From: Octopus sinensis
Lineage: Eukaryota
NCBI RefSeq assembly: GCF_006345805.1
Contig: NC_043004.1
Location: 10,664,001-10,728,000, forward strand
Length of the DNA stretch: 64,000 nt
Reading direction: 5' to 3'
Position numbers and translations under genes: made by a program. The notes under the pieces are model-generated. The model was not told where the DNA came from. It saw nothing but the letters and a program-made list of their open reading frames with translations, and made no database searches. Positions 13,445 to 24,798 of this stretch are shown one piece after another. Position 1 is the first letter of the stretch. Every line of letters begins with the position of its first letter.

Positions 13445-13855
13445 TTTATCTCTTTTACTCATTTACTTGTTTCAGTCATTTGATTGTGGCCATGCAAGAG
13501 CACCGCCTTTATTCGAGCAAATCGACTTATTCTTTGTAAGACTAGTACTTATTCTATCGGTCTCTTTTGCTGAACCGCTAAGTTACGGGGACGTCAACAC
13601 ACCAGCATCGGTTATCAAGCGATGCTGGGGGTGGGACAATCACAGACACACAAACCTACATACACATATACATATATATGTATACATATATATGACGGGC
13701 TTCTTTCAGTTTCCGTCTACCAAATCCACTCACAAGGCTTTAGTCGGACCGAGGCTATAGTAGAAGACACTTGCCCAAAGTGCCACGCAGTGGGACTGAA
13801 CTCGAAATCATTTCGGTGGTAAGCAAGCTACTTACCACACAGCCACTCCTACGCC
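13445..13855 (-). mobile_element. SINE-B, full length
   Basis: Same architecture as the other SINE-B copies. Confidence 0.85.
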
Positions 13856-14163
13856 TTGTTTCAATAATTAGACGGTGGCAATGCCCAGAATAGATTTTTT
13901 AGACGATCACATCGACCTCAATGTTTATTATAAGTCTGGTGCATATTCTATCGTATTCTGAACATCTAATTTGCACGGACGTAACAAAACCAAAACTGTT
14001 TGTCATGCAACGTCAGCACGAGCACAAAATTAAACATACATAGATATATACATGTACAATGGGCCATCATACAGCTACTCTCTACCAAGAGGCACCAGGG
14101 GATCTGAACTCGGAACCACGGGATTGCAAACCTAAACTCTTAATATCACGGCCATGACTAAGA

Positions 14164-14775
14164 GGCCGAGCTAGCAGAAACGTTAGCACGCCGGGCGAAA
14201 TGCGTAGCCGTATTTCGTCTGCCGTTACGTTCTGAGCTCAAATTCCACCGAGGTCGACTTTGCCTTTCATACTTTGGGGCCGATTAAATAAGTACCAGTT
14301 ACGCAATGGGGTCGATGTAATCGACTTAATCCGTTTGTCTGTCCTTGTTTGTCCCCTCTGTGTTTAGCCCCTTGTGGGCAGTAAAGAAATAGGTATTTCG
14401 TCTGCCATTACGTTCTGAGTTCAAATTCCTCCGAGGTTGACTTTGCTTTCATCCTTTCAGGGTCGATTAATTAAGTACCAGTTACGCACTGGGGTCGATC
14501 TAATCGACTTAATCCGTTTGTCTGTCCTTGTTTGTCCTCTCTGTGTGTCACCCGGTGTGGACAGTAAGGAAATAAGAAACGTTAGCAGACCGGGCGAAAT
14601 ACTTAGCGTTATTTCGTCTGTTTTTACGTTCTGAGTTGAAATTCCGCCGAGGTCGACTTTGCCTTTCATCCTTTCAGGGTCGATAAATTAAGTACCAGTT
14701 GCGTGCTGGGGTCGGTCTAATCGACTGCTCACCTCCTCCTCAAAATTTCGGGCTTTGTTCCTAGAGTACAAAAGA
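14164..14775 (+). mobile_element. Head-to-tail SINE-A trimer
   Basis: Three cores, with junctions AAAGAAATA|GGTATTTCG (14391/2) and AAATA|AGAAACGTTAGC (14574/5). The last unit has tail type 2. Confidence 0.9.
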
Positions 14776-15177
14776 ATATCACGGCCATGACTACGCTTGT
14801 AATAATTTTAGCTAAGTTCCCCTAGATTGTTTATCAAGGTTGAAATAACAGCAATCAGTATTTCCGTTTTGACATCTGCTTTAGATTTTGATTTTAGTAA
14901 CTGAAAATTGTTGTATAGTGAAACTGTACACACCTCCCAGTAAAAAGTTGTAGTAGTCAGCTGTTATAAATAGACCAGTAGCCGGTCGACAAACAGGAGG
15001 ACAAGAAAGTCGAGAGTACGTGTAGACTCTGTTGACAGTCGTGTCGGTGCTGATATAGTAATGATGCTGTGATACTGAGTGGACATTATAACGATCTAAC
15101 CTTTTGAAGATAATAACATTGTACGACTGGGGGTCACCAGTGCGAGGTAAAAGCATTCTATCGAGGACTTCGGAATA

Positions 15178-15413
15178 CAGTAATTCCTCGACTATCATGG
15201 GTGTTACGTTCCAAAACCCCAGCGATTGGTAAAAATCTGTGAAGTAGAATCAGAACTGTACTGTATATTTGTTTAATTATTTTTATAATTTGTATATATT
15301 TATTTTATTATAAATTCAAAATAACACCACAGAGGAATGGATGTACGCATAAATAAAAAAACCGCGATAGGGGAACCGCGATAGGGGAACCGCGATATGG
15401 CGAGGGGTTACTC
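15178..15413 (+). mobile_element. pogo/Tigger-like MITE
   Basis: TA|CAGTAATTCCTCGACTATC ... GCGAGGGGTTACTC|TA, with a subterminal 13-bp repeat (ACCGCGATAGGGG-type) present three times. A related copy lies at 40669-40882. Confidence 0.7.
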
Positions 15414-16549
15414 TAACAATATCTGTCAGAGCGACAACCGTCGTCAAAGGACAGATATAGAAATGGCGAAAGACCGCTTTACAATAAACATGTTACATTT
15501 TCTTGAGAGAATTTTGTTACTACGTGGATAATCGATTTGCTAGTTTTGTACAAATAACAAGGTCACGTACTTAAAGCCTCTTGTTAGTTGGAAATATAAA
15601 AGATAACATTAATTCCTGCAGATATAAACTGCTTCCTGACACCCTGTTGGCTTTTCGTATCTCCTTATGTTGATAATGCAAAATGTACAGTAGTAATCCT
15701 TTTATATAGCGTGATGTGTTTTATTTAAAAGTATTTCTAATGGTACAGTTTATAGCATCTAGATTTATTTTCATTCAGTCTAATTCCACAGATTCATGTG
15801 CTATGGACGACACTGCACTTGCGTTAATGAAGCATTTAATACGTTTGCTAATGAGGTAGCAATAAAAGTATTTTTTCTGGTTTTGTCAAAATCTTCATTT
15901 TTATTCGCATACGCACAGCTTTCATATAGTTTCATCAACGATAGAATATTTTTGCAAAGCCTGTCTGCATTCTCCCAGATAGAGTTCAAATCTTGTACTT
16001 GACTATGCATTGCTATCTTATTTTTCTCTCGTCCAAAACACATCAAATATCTTCGCTAAACTTCAGACCAATACTGAGGTGACTTACCCAGAATATCATA
16101 CCAACATTTTGGTCAGCCATCAAGAATAGATTTTGGATGCTCCTGGTTCTTTCTTTGCCCCTTTCTATGTCATAATAAAAACTGCTTAGCTAATACAAAG
16201 GAACGAGAATAGAATAAATAAAAACCTGATACAGCGATCCCTTTGAAAACTCTGTGGCTATAGATATTCTTGTTAGACAGATTCATACTATAACTTTGTT
16301 TTAAGGGCATTTTAAAAATATGCTGCATCTTTTTAATTACCGTTTTAATGAAGTTCGCATCAGTGTAATAGAATCGATGGAGTTCCAATACTTTCAGTTT
16401 GTCATTTACCTGGAATGAAAATAAAAGCACTCATGTAGTCGAGACACACAAATGACAGGATCTGTTGCATATCTTGATATAAGCCCCAGTAACATCGAGT
16501 TGGTTATTTGTTCCACTCTCTGCTTAAATATGTTGCACCGCTACCCCTT

Positions 16550-16670
16550 CTCCACCACCCATACTACTACTACAACTACTACTGCTGCTGCTGCTGCTGC
16601 CGCTGCTGCCGCTGCTGCCGCCACCACCACTACGACCATCATGACGACGACGACGACGACGACCACCACC

Positions 16671-16717
<47 letters not shown>

Positions 16718-17030
16718 CTCCACCACCACCACCACCTCCACCACTACCACCACCACCACCACCACTACTACTACTATACTACTACTACTACTACTATTGC
16801 TACTACTATGACTGCTGCTGTGGCTGCTGCTGTTGCTTCTACTATCACTGCCACCAAATCTAACACTAGACCAACACATCTATCAGTCCACCGCTACCAC
16901 CAGCAGCCTCACACCACTACTACCAACAACAACAACAGCAGCAACAACCACAACATCATTATTTACATGTCATCGTCATCCGTACTACCATCACCATCTT
17001 GAATTCACATCATCATCATCATCATCATGG
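16550..17030. repeat. Compound trinucleotide microsatellite (TAC/TGC/CGC/CAC/GAC/AAC/CAT)
   Basis: Directly visible; source of the poly-T/A/H/Y ORFs in the track. Confidence 0.9.
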
Positions 17031-17412
17031 TTATTACCGTCATTAGAAGCGCAATAAAGGCTGCATTTCCCCACCACCGACATCTAACCACAACCAGCGC
17101 TACTTACAATTTCAAGTTTTGTTGCTGGTCAAATAAGTTCCACTGAAAATGAAGTTCAGCCTGATAGTTGAGACAAACTCTTGTAGCTTTTGTGAAATAA
17201 GTGCTGTTTGAAGTGGTTTCACCAGAGACTAGCTGCACTGCACGTGCCCTTGCGGTCTTCCTCTAATTTCCTTAACACTTGCCATAGGGCAATTAAAACA
17301 CTACGCAGCACACCGTCATTATTTAACAACACAGAAAAGCCTTGATATGCTTGGAAGAGCGGCCAAATCACACCGGTGCAAAATATTTTTGGTTTTAATA
17401 TATAAAAACAAG

Positions 17413-17880
17413 GTGGCGAGCTGGCAGAAACGTTAGCACGCCGGGCGAAATGGTTAGCGGTATTTCGTCTGGCGTTACGTTCTGAGTTCAAATTCCGCCG
17501 AGGTCGACTTTGCCTTTCATCCTTTCGGGGTCGATAAATTAAGTACCAGTTACGCACTGGGGTCGATGTAATCGACTTAATACCTATGTATGTCCTTGTT
17601 TGTCCCCTCTGTGTTTAGCCCCTTGTGGGTAATAAAGAAATAGGTATTTCGTCTAGCGTTACGTTCTGAGTTCAAATTCCGCCGAGGTTGACTTTGCCTT
17701 TCATCCTTTCGGGGTCAATAAAATAAGTGCCAGTTACGCACTGGGATCGATGTAATCGACTTAATCCGTTTGTCTGTCCTTGTTTGTCCCCTCTATGTTT
17801 AGCCCCTTGTGGGCAATAAATAAAAAAAATAAGAAGCATTAGCAGGCGAAATGCTTAGCGGTAATTCATCTGTTTTAGCG
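17413..17880 (+). mobile_element. SINE-A stack (two units plus a degenerate third head)
   Basis: Junction AAAGAAATA|GGTATTTCG at 17642/3; a second junction runs into AGAAGCATTAGC at ~17830. Confidence 0.9.
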
Positions 17881-18277
17881 GATTTTAGAACGCATTGGAA
17901 TAATGTACAATAAACAGAGATCTACCAAAGCCCGATGTAGAAGTAGCATACTCCACGATTTATCGCACTGAATTTTCAGGTATTACACAAGTTTGTGAAT
18001 TTCCAAATACACTATCAACGACATATTCTAAAACTCTTAGTGAGCAACTTTCCGAAAATCGTTAATTTCATATTTTTATTGTATTATGGACCTAAATGTT
18101 CTATAATATGTTAGTGTCCTTCTTTAGTATTATCACGAAGACCTAAAGATTCACGGCTGCAGTCTCATTCCTCCCACGTTGCAGCCAATTGCAATGGACC
18201 ACAGTGAAGACAGTAATTGAAAAGTTTAAGAAAGGTACATTAGAAGGCAGTTCTGCTTTACTATTCTTTTTTCACTT

Positions 18278-18666
18278 AGTGGAGGCGCAATGGCCCAGTG
18301 GTTAGGGCAGCGGACTCGCGGTCATAGGATCGCGGTTTCGATTCCCAGACCGAGCGTTGTGAGTGTTTATTGAGCGAAAACACCTAAAAGCTCCACGAGG
18401 CTCCGGCAGGGGATGGTGGTGATCCCTGCTGTACTCTTTCACCACAACTTTCTCTCACTCTTACTTTCTGTTTTTGTTGTACCTGTATTTCAAAGGGCCG
18501 GCCTTGTCACTCTGTGTCACGCTGAATATCCCCGAGAACTACGTTAAGGGTACACGTGTCTGTGGAGTGCTCAGCCACTTACACGTTAATTTCACGAGCA
18601 GGCTGTTCCGTTGATTCGGATCAACCGGTACCCTCGTCGTCGTAACCGACGGAGTGCTTCCATCCA
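18278..18666 (+). mobile_element. Full-length SINE-C (tRNA-like head) with 13-bp TSD
   Basis: Head GGAGGCGCAATGGCCCAGTGG...GGTTTCGATTCCC and (CCAT)n tail. The TSD TCTTTTTTCACTT occurs at 18265-18277 and 18667-18679. Confidence 0.9.
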
Positions 18667-20204
18667 TCTTTTTTCACTTCTCACTCACTTCCAACTATTA
18701 CTGTATCTACCAAATCAGCTTCCCGCACAACACATTGCAGGTTTACCACAGACTTGAAAGAAAACGCTGAGTTTTACATCGATGCCCATGATTTGTAATA
18801 TCTCACTGCTCGTGGATAGAGTTTTTTCAAATACTTTCCTGGAATCTGATAGCCCATTGTTGTCTCTTGTTGCAAGTCAGTGTCTTAACACGACGGGGAG
18901 GTAGAGGCATTTCTTACCTTCCTGTCTGTCATCATGAGCGATACCTTTCCTGTCCGCATCTTCTAATCGAGCAATTTTTTTCTCTATTGTTGCAACCTTG
19001 CTAAAATTGACAAATTCTACTATTATTTACCTTTCATGTGTGTTCAACCATGTGTGTCCTTACGATTCCCACAGAAATAATTCCCAAGTCCAGTATCTGC
19101 AAACTTTCCCTACCATGAATATGATTCCATTACCTCATTCTCTATGTTCTAATCTTGCCAAATATGATGCAAATTATTGTCTGTTTTTTCAATAGCATAA
19201 GTCTGTGAACAGGCTCATTGTCAAAGTCAACATTAGTATATTCGGGATTGGCAGGCTGTGACTGTCAAAAGGGGAACTGTCTCAGCAGGCCTACAAGACA
19301 TTTACACCTCTTGGTTATACTCTCTCTACACGTGCGTGCATCCAAGATGCTATTCCAATCGCACACAAAACAAATGGGTGCGACATTCGTAGGAAATCCC
19401 AGTAAACAATAATACAAATAGTAACCGAATTAACGCATGTAGAATTACGCAAATTTTAAGAAAAGAAACGATCTATTATATCGATTCAGTACTTGACTGC
19501 TACATTTATTAACACCAAGGAGACGTTTTAATTCAGAACGTGAAGAGATTAACTAAATGTATATTATAAGAAGAATAGTAAAACTAATAACGAATATTAT
19601 AGTGTACTAATAGACACAATAATAAAAAAGAGCGATAACAAAAGAAAAAATATACAAAAGAAAGATACGTCTCCTGACCTTGGTAGACTTAGTCACCTAA
19701 CCCATATTAACCCTGCACCCTTAAACTGACAACTGTCAAGTGGCATCTTAGAACCATCGTCAGTGTATCGTAGCACAAAATCGGTTAATGGGAAGCTGGA
19801 GATGAATGTATTAGAATTGTGTAGGGATGAGGAAATGATACGTCACTGCACTTACCGTAGGTAGTTGTTTCTGTGTCACCTCATAGAAAGTACTTAGGAA
19901 TTGCTTTGTATTACTTCTCCATTGTTACAATGTATCTCCCGCCCACTAAACCATGCATGAACTATAAAATGGTTTCAAGTTGAAGAGTCAAACTGCCATG
20001 AAGTAATTATACATGGTAGAAATACCAGCTAATCTCCCTCAAGCCACATAATTTCAAGGGCTGAATAAAAAACATATAGGATTACACTAACCAAAATAAA
20101 ATCCTCTTTCAAAACGGGATTGTGTGATAAATGCATAATTTGTTTTCTATTTCCATTACGCCACGTGGCCACAATGTCATTTTCTGTTGTTTTATACAGT
20201 ATAT

Positions 20205-20435
20205 ATTAGTTGGCGTAGCTGTGTGGTAAGGAATTTGCTTCCAAAATGCATGATTCCGGATTAATTCCCTCTGCATGGGCACATTGGGCTTATTTCAGTT
20301 TCCCTCTAGAAAATCCACTCACAAGGCTTTGGTCGGCCCGAGGCTATAGTAGAAAATACTTGCCCAAGGTGCCATGAAGTCGGACTGAACCCGGAACCAT
20401 GTAGTCGGGAAGCAAGCCACACAGCCACGCATGCG
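20205..20435. mobile_element. Two convergent SINE-B 5' halves
   Basis: A plus-strand head (20205-20290) abuts a minus-strand head and core (20291-20435). Confidence 0.7.
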
Positions 20436-21160
20436 CCTGAAGCTCACGTAGATCAACACTTTTCTACGTAACTACGGTAGCTGAAATTTAGTTTGTTTAG
20501 TCTAACTTAAATGTAATTGGAAATTATTCCTTTACGAATTTAACTTGAATCAGCTCTAAGGGTTATTCTGTTCATAATCGATTAGACTTCAAAGAGTTGT
20601 AGCCGGAACGAACTTGTAATTAAATATCTTACGTGGTATGTGCTGTAAATTACAATAAACAATATTTAAACATGATGGTTAAGCAAAGAATGAGGTTCTA
20701 CATATTGATCATTTTGCAGTTCATATGAAATAATTTCTATCGAGACAAATTGTTTATATGTTTATTAACATAGATTTATCTTCAACATTTCTGTTTTGTT
20801 TCTTCTCCGTTTTCCTTTTTTTTTCTTTTTGCTTTGGTTCTCTTTCGGAAAAATTAAATTTTTAGGTTTATTGGAGTTCACATATCGATTGTCTGACAAT
20901 TCGCTTCAACAGGCATTTAATTTGACAAATATATATATATATATATATATAGATTACGGAGATGTACTTGCATAGCAAGTGACCTGATCTGAGATCGTGT
21001 GCTGGAACGAAAACAATTGCAGCGTAGATGGTGTTTATAAGCCATTTAAGAAACACACAAAAACCGTTAGATTCACTTCAACATTTAAATTTAATATCCC
21101 AAAATATTTTCGTCGCTTTGAGACCGCGACCTGTTGACTGATAAAAATTCAGCACGGAAT

Positions 21161-21211
21161 TTTGTCAGTGAACATGTCGCGGTCTCAAAGCGACGAAAAT
21201 AATTTGGCAAA
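21161..21211 (+). ncRNA. Type I hammerhead ribozyme candidate, G3-C8 covariant core
   Basis: Stem I TTTGTCA/TGGCAAA; core GTGAACA; stem II GTCGC/GCGAC; GAA; stem III AATAAT (the inverted mate has the palindrome AATATT); predicted cut after T21204. A degenerate inverted mate lies at ~21095-21147. Confidence 0.6.
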
Positions 21212-21214
21212 TTA

Positions 21215-21310
21215 TCATCCTTGTATCATTATCATTCATCCCATTAATTTCTGTGTCCAGCCCGCAAGCATCTCTCTGTGTGCTGCCCTTGTGGCAAATT
21301 TAATAAAATA
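21215..21310 (+). mobile_element. 3' end remnant of an L1/Tx1-like element
   Basis: TGTGTCCAGCCC...AATAAAATA resembles the 3' end at 23180-23224 and is followed by AAGAAGCTTGCTTCC. Confidence 0.6.
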
Positions 21311-21325
21311 AAGAAGCTTGCTTCC

Positions 21326-23224
21326 GCACATGCACGTTGAGGTGACTTCTTGTCATTGAACAGTGAGGACGTGAGCTTTGAGCTCTGTCCTAAATAGAAG
21401 AAAAATAAGACCGAAAGAAGTCCGTCGAAGTAAGTTTGTTTTCAGCTGGGCATGATTTATTGTGTAAATTATATTTTCAGTAAATTGTGCCCAGCTCTGG
21501 GACAATTTCGCCTGCTCTCGGCGGCTATTGTGTTATTTTTGCTTGTGTAGCAAAAAAAAAAAGAAGCGTTGGGAGCCTTATTCGCCCGAAGACTTGAAAT
21601 TTTGTTCCAGTTGATGTTGCTATTGCTGTCAACGGTGGCCCGTATTCCTGGTTTTTTACCATTTAAAAGTTCCTGTCGCGAAGTTCCAGTTGGCCTGGAG
21701 TACCTGTTGGCCAGGATTGTCGTTTTTGCTGTGTAGAACTGTTTTCTTTTATTTTTTGCTTCAACTGATAATTTTTGTTTTTGGCCATTCTTAGACTTTT
21801 TGTTTTTCTTTCAACTTCTTTGAACTTTTGTGAACTTTTTACACATGGCAAAAAAAAGAATGAAGCCACTGCTGTGGGAGATTGTCCCGCCCAAGGAGTG
21901 GTTACTCGGCGCCATCGTTCAATTTAATAAAGAAACTATACAAAAAGAGTTGGCAGAATATCTGCCAAATGTCAAATTTATTGCTCAGGGAGGGGGGGAC
22001 AAATTTGCAACGGTCTGGTTGCTATTTGGTACCCTCGAGGAAGCAAAGACATTTACCAGCAAGCCCCTTGAGAGGAAAGAAATTTTGCTCCTCCCCACTT
22101 ATTGTGGGAGGAAGATAAGAAGAGCCTGGGTGTGCGGGCTGACCCCGGATACGGAGGCGGGATAGATCGAAGATACCATCCGACAAGGCCTGGGGGATAG
22201 CGGGCTCAGGCTATTGAGTGTGAATATAGCTACTGCAGTCGACTCGGAGGGGTTAAAGGCAACTTTGACCCGGTGGCCGTGGGAGATATGATATTCCCAG
22301 ACTTCCTAAAAATGGCCGAGTACAGGTACCCGGCGATACTTGAGGGACGCTCCCCCAAGTGTCACCTGTGCCTGGAGCCTAGCCATATCAGGAAGAACTG
22401 CCCCAAGAGCCGTGGTAAGGCCCTGGAGCACAAAAAAGAAAAAGGGCCCGCCGCCCCCTCATTGGAGGGGGTGACGGTGGAAGTCGTGGAAGAAGTTGCC
22501 TCCACGAAAAGAAAAAGAAAGGTGAGCAACAATGGTTGCTCACCAAAGAATGTACAGGCGGCGGAGGAAGGTAGCGACCCGCCACGTCTGCCGACGCAGC
22601 CCCCTGTTCCCACAGCCTCAAAAAGAAAGAAGAAAAAGAGGAACAGGGGACGGTCGGCCGATGTTCGTAGGTCGTCGACAGTACCGCAAGTGGGATATAT
22701 GCCACTAGCGGATAAGGCTCCGTCAGTGGGAAGTGTGCCACTGACAGAGCAGTTTGGGGTCCCTTCCCGTGAGGTGGATGAGTTTGTCCTCCTTTACAAC
22801 GAGGGAGGGACTGTGAGTGAATTTTTTGACCGCATGGGCGACCGAGACTGTGGATACTCGGCCTGCTCAAGTAGTCCAATATGGCCTCCGCAGGTGGATG
22901 CGGAAGTAGTAACATATAAAATTTTGTCACAGCGACCTTTGACAAGGAAGAATTTGCCTTCCTGTTCGCAGGCCCCGACCTTTCGATGCAGCATTTTCTG
23001 CAGGCGGCAGGTCACTTACTTGGGGACTCTGACGAGGAGGATTGATGTTTTGATTGATATCTCTGTATAATTCTGTGAACTAGTCATTGATTTTGAAAGA
23101 AACATTGTATTCGAGGGTTTGTTGGTCGGTGGGCGCCGACATCTCTCTCTTCGGTATCATTTTGTTTCATTTCATCTCATGTGTGTCCAGCCCACAAGCT
23201 TCTTCTGGCCAATTTTATGAAATA
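21326..23224 (+). mobile_element. ORF1-only (HAL1-like) Tx1/L1 retroelement, ~1.9 kb
   Basis: A 5' UTR is followed by ORF1 from ~21845 to 23070, broken by a TAG at 22163-5 and a frameshift near 22275. It has a CX2CX4HX4C knuckle (CHLCLEPSHIRKNC, 22360-22401) and a basic tail. A short 3' UTR ends in AAATAA, and no ORF2 is present. Confidence 0.75.
21845..23070 (+). pseudogene. Disrupted ORF1 (gag-like: putative RRM-like region + CCHC zinc knuckle)
   Basis: Track ORFs 21830-22165 and 22273-23070 join through one stop and one frameshift. Confidence 0.7.
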
Positions 23225-23232
23225 AAGAAGCT

Positions 23233-24457
23233 AGGTGCATGTGTGGCTGTGTGATGAGAGGCTTGCTTCCGGTGTAGAGTTTGTTGGTGGATTGTGGATT
23301 TTTGAGTGTAACGCGCGTGTGTTTTGGTTGTCTTGGCGGTGCGACGTTTTTTCCTCTTGTTTGGTGGAGGGGCGTTAGGTGAGGAGCTGTGAAGGTTTGA
23401 ATTATTCAGACTTTGTGAACTGCCCTCCTTCGGACTTTGTGTCATCTGGGAAGGAGATGGTGGAGTGTTTGAAAAGAATTAATGAGAAAATAGAAGAAAG
23501 AAAGTATGCTGCAGCGGCAGAAGAAAGGAGGAAAGACATGTGTCTGCAGGAATTAAGTAAATTTAGAAGAATGCTTAAAAGGGAGGGGAACGAAGTGAGG
23601 ATGTTCCCTCCCAAAGAGGTTTTAAAGGAGAAACAAGAAAGAACAATTATTTAGAAGGCGTAATCTGTAGCAGGAAAGCGAACTGAAGTCACGTCAACGG
23701 TGCAAGTCGAGAAGGCACTGAGACCAATGTGGCAAGGGATTTCCTACCTCGCCAGAGGAAATAAAGTTTGAAACGGTGGAGGTGCAGTTCCGGGAGGTAG
23801 CAACCGCTAGGCTGCACTCAGCAACACCGTTCAGGACTGATGAAGTGGTTCTTCGGCCCGTATACCTTGAGAGACGTGCTTCCATGGTTAGGGTAGATAT
23901 GTGTGTGCGAGCTAGTGGGTGTGTTCCTGGCTGGTAGCTGCTAGGTATGGAGGAGAAGGTGGTAGTCCTCCACGCCATCAGAACACCCCACAGGAACTAT
24001 GACTGCTGGGTCAAGAAATTGGACACCAGCTCAATGCCTAAGCAAGTAAGTACTTATGATATTTTAAGAAGCTCAATGTAACCATCCTTCGGAGGAATGA
24101 TAATTAGCTGTCGCAAATATTTGTTATAAACTAGTGTTTTCATAAATGTTGTATTAACAAGTTCAATGAAGTCGCTCGAAGGTGGGGCCGAATGGCTTCA
24201 TTTCATCTTTCATTATATTAATTCATTCTTTCCATTCGTTTTGTTTTTTGTCCCCCACCTTCTGCTGTCCTCTCTATGTACGGCCTTCATAGCCAATTGC
24301 ATAAAATAAAGAAGCTCGCTTCCCAACCACAAGGTTCCGGGTTCAGTCCCACTCTGTGGAACCTTGGGCAAGTGTAATCTACTATAACCCCGGCCGACCA
24401 AAGTCTTGTGAGCGGATTTAGTAGAGGGAAACTGAAAAAAGCCCGTCGTGTATATAT

Positions 24458-24480
<23 letters not shown>
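23233..24480 (+). mobile_element. SINE-B split by the 23271-24308 insertion
   Basis: The head AGGTGCATGTGTGGCTGTGTG... lies at 23233-23270, and the continuation AAGAAGCTCGCTTCCCAACCACAAGGTTCCGGGTTCAG starts at 24309. Confidence 0.8.
23271..24308 (+). mobile_element. Second, shorter ORF1-only element (~1.04 kb) inserted in a SINE-B head
   Basis: Broken frames read MFPPKEVLKE...YLARGNK/FETVEVQFREVATARLHSATPFRTDEVVLRPVYLERR, aligning with VPPKEW...FIAQGGGDKFATVWLLFGTLEEAKTFTSKPLERKEILLLPTYCGRK of the upstream element. It is flanked by GAGAGGCTTGCTTCC and AAGAAGCTCGCTTCC. Confidence 0.65.
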
Positions 24481-24503
<23 letters not shown>

Positions 24504-24561
24504 TGTTGCTTGTTTCAGCTCAGAGCTGCGGACATGCTGATGCACCGCCGTTAAAATAATA

Positions 24562-24798
24562 AATGCGCCTAGCCAGGCTCATGGGCCCGGTTTCCCGATT
24601 TCAATGGCGTATGTATTCCCGAGCTGGTCGGGCCGCCAGTCCATCGCAGCGTTACTCATTTTTGCCAGCTGAGTGGACTGGAGCAACGTGAAATGAAGTG
24701 TTTTGCTCAAGAACACAACGCGTCGCCCGGTCCACGAATCGAAACCACCATCTTACGATCATGATGCTGACCCCCTAATCACTAGATCACGCGTCTCC
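24562..24798 (-). mobile_element. tRNA-headed V-domain-like SINE
   Basis: The reverse complement begins GGAGACGCGTGATCTAGTG...GGTTTCGATTCG and contains CTGCGATGGACTGGCG, which I recognise as V-SINE-like. A second copy lies at 48449-48690. Confidence 0.7.

Noticed and set aside
14164-14775. Repeated SINE-A units as a CRISPR-like array
   Set aside because: The units are ~180-200-bp retroposons without unique spacers, in a eukaryotic context with no cas genes.
16452-17002. Poly-Thr/Ala/His ORFs as a mucin-like or His-rich protein
   Set aside because: Pure trinucleotide repeat, with no non-repetitive coding context or splice support.
18281-18352. tRNA-like sequence as a functional tRNA gene
   Set aside because: It has no proper acceptor-stem 3' half and continues into a SINE body bounded by a 13-bp TSD, so it is a SINE head.
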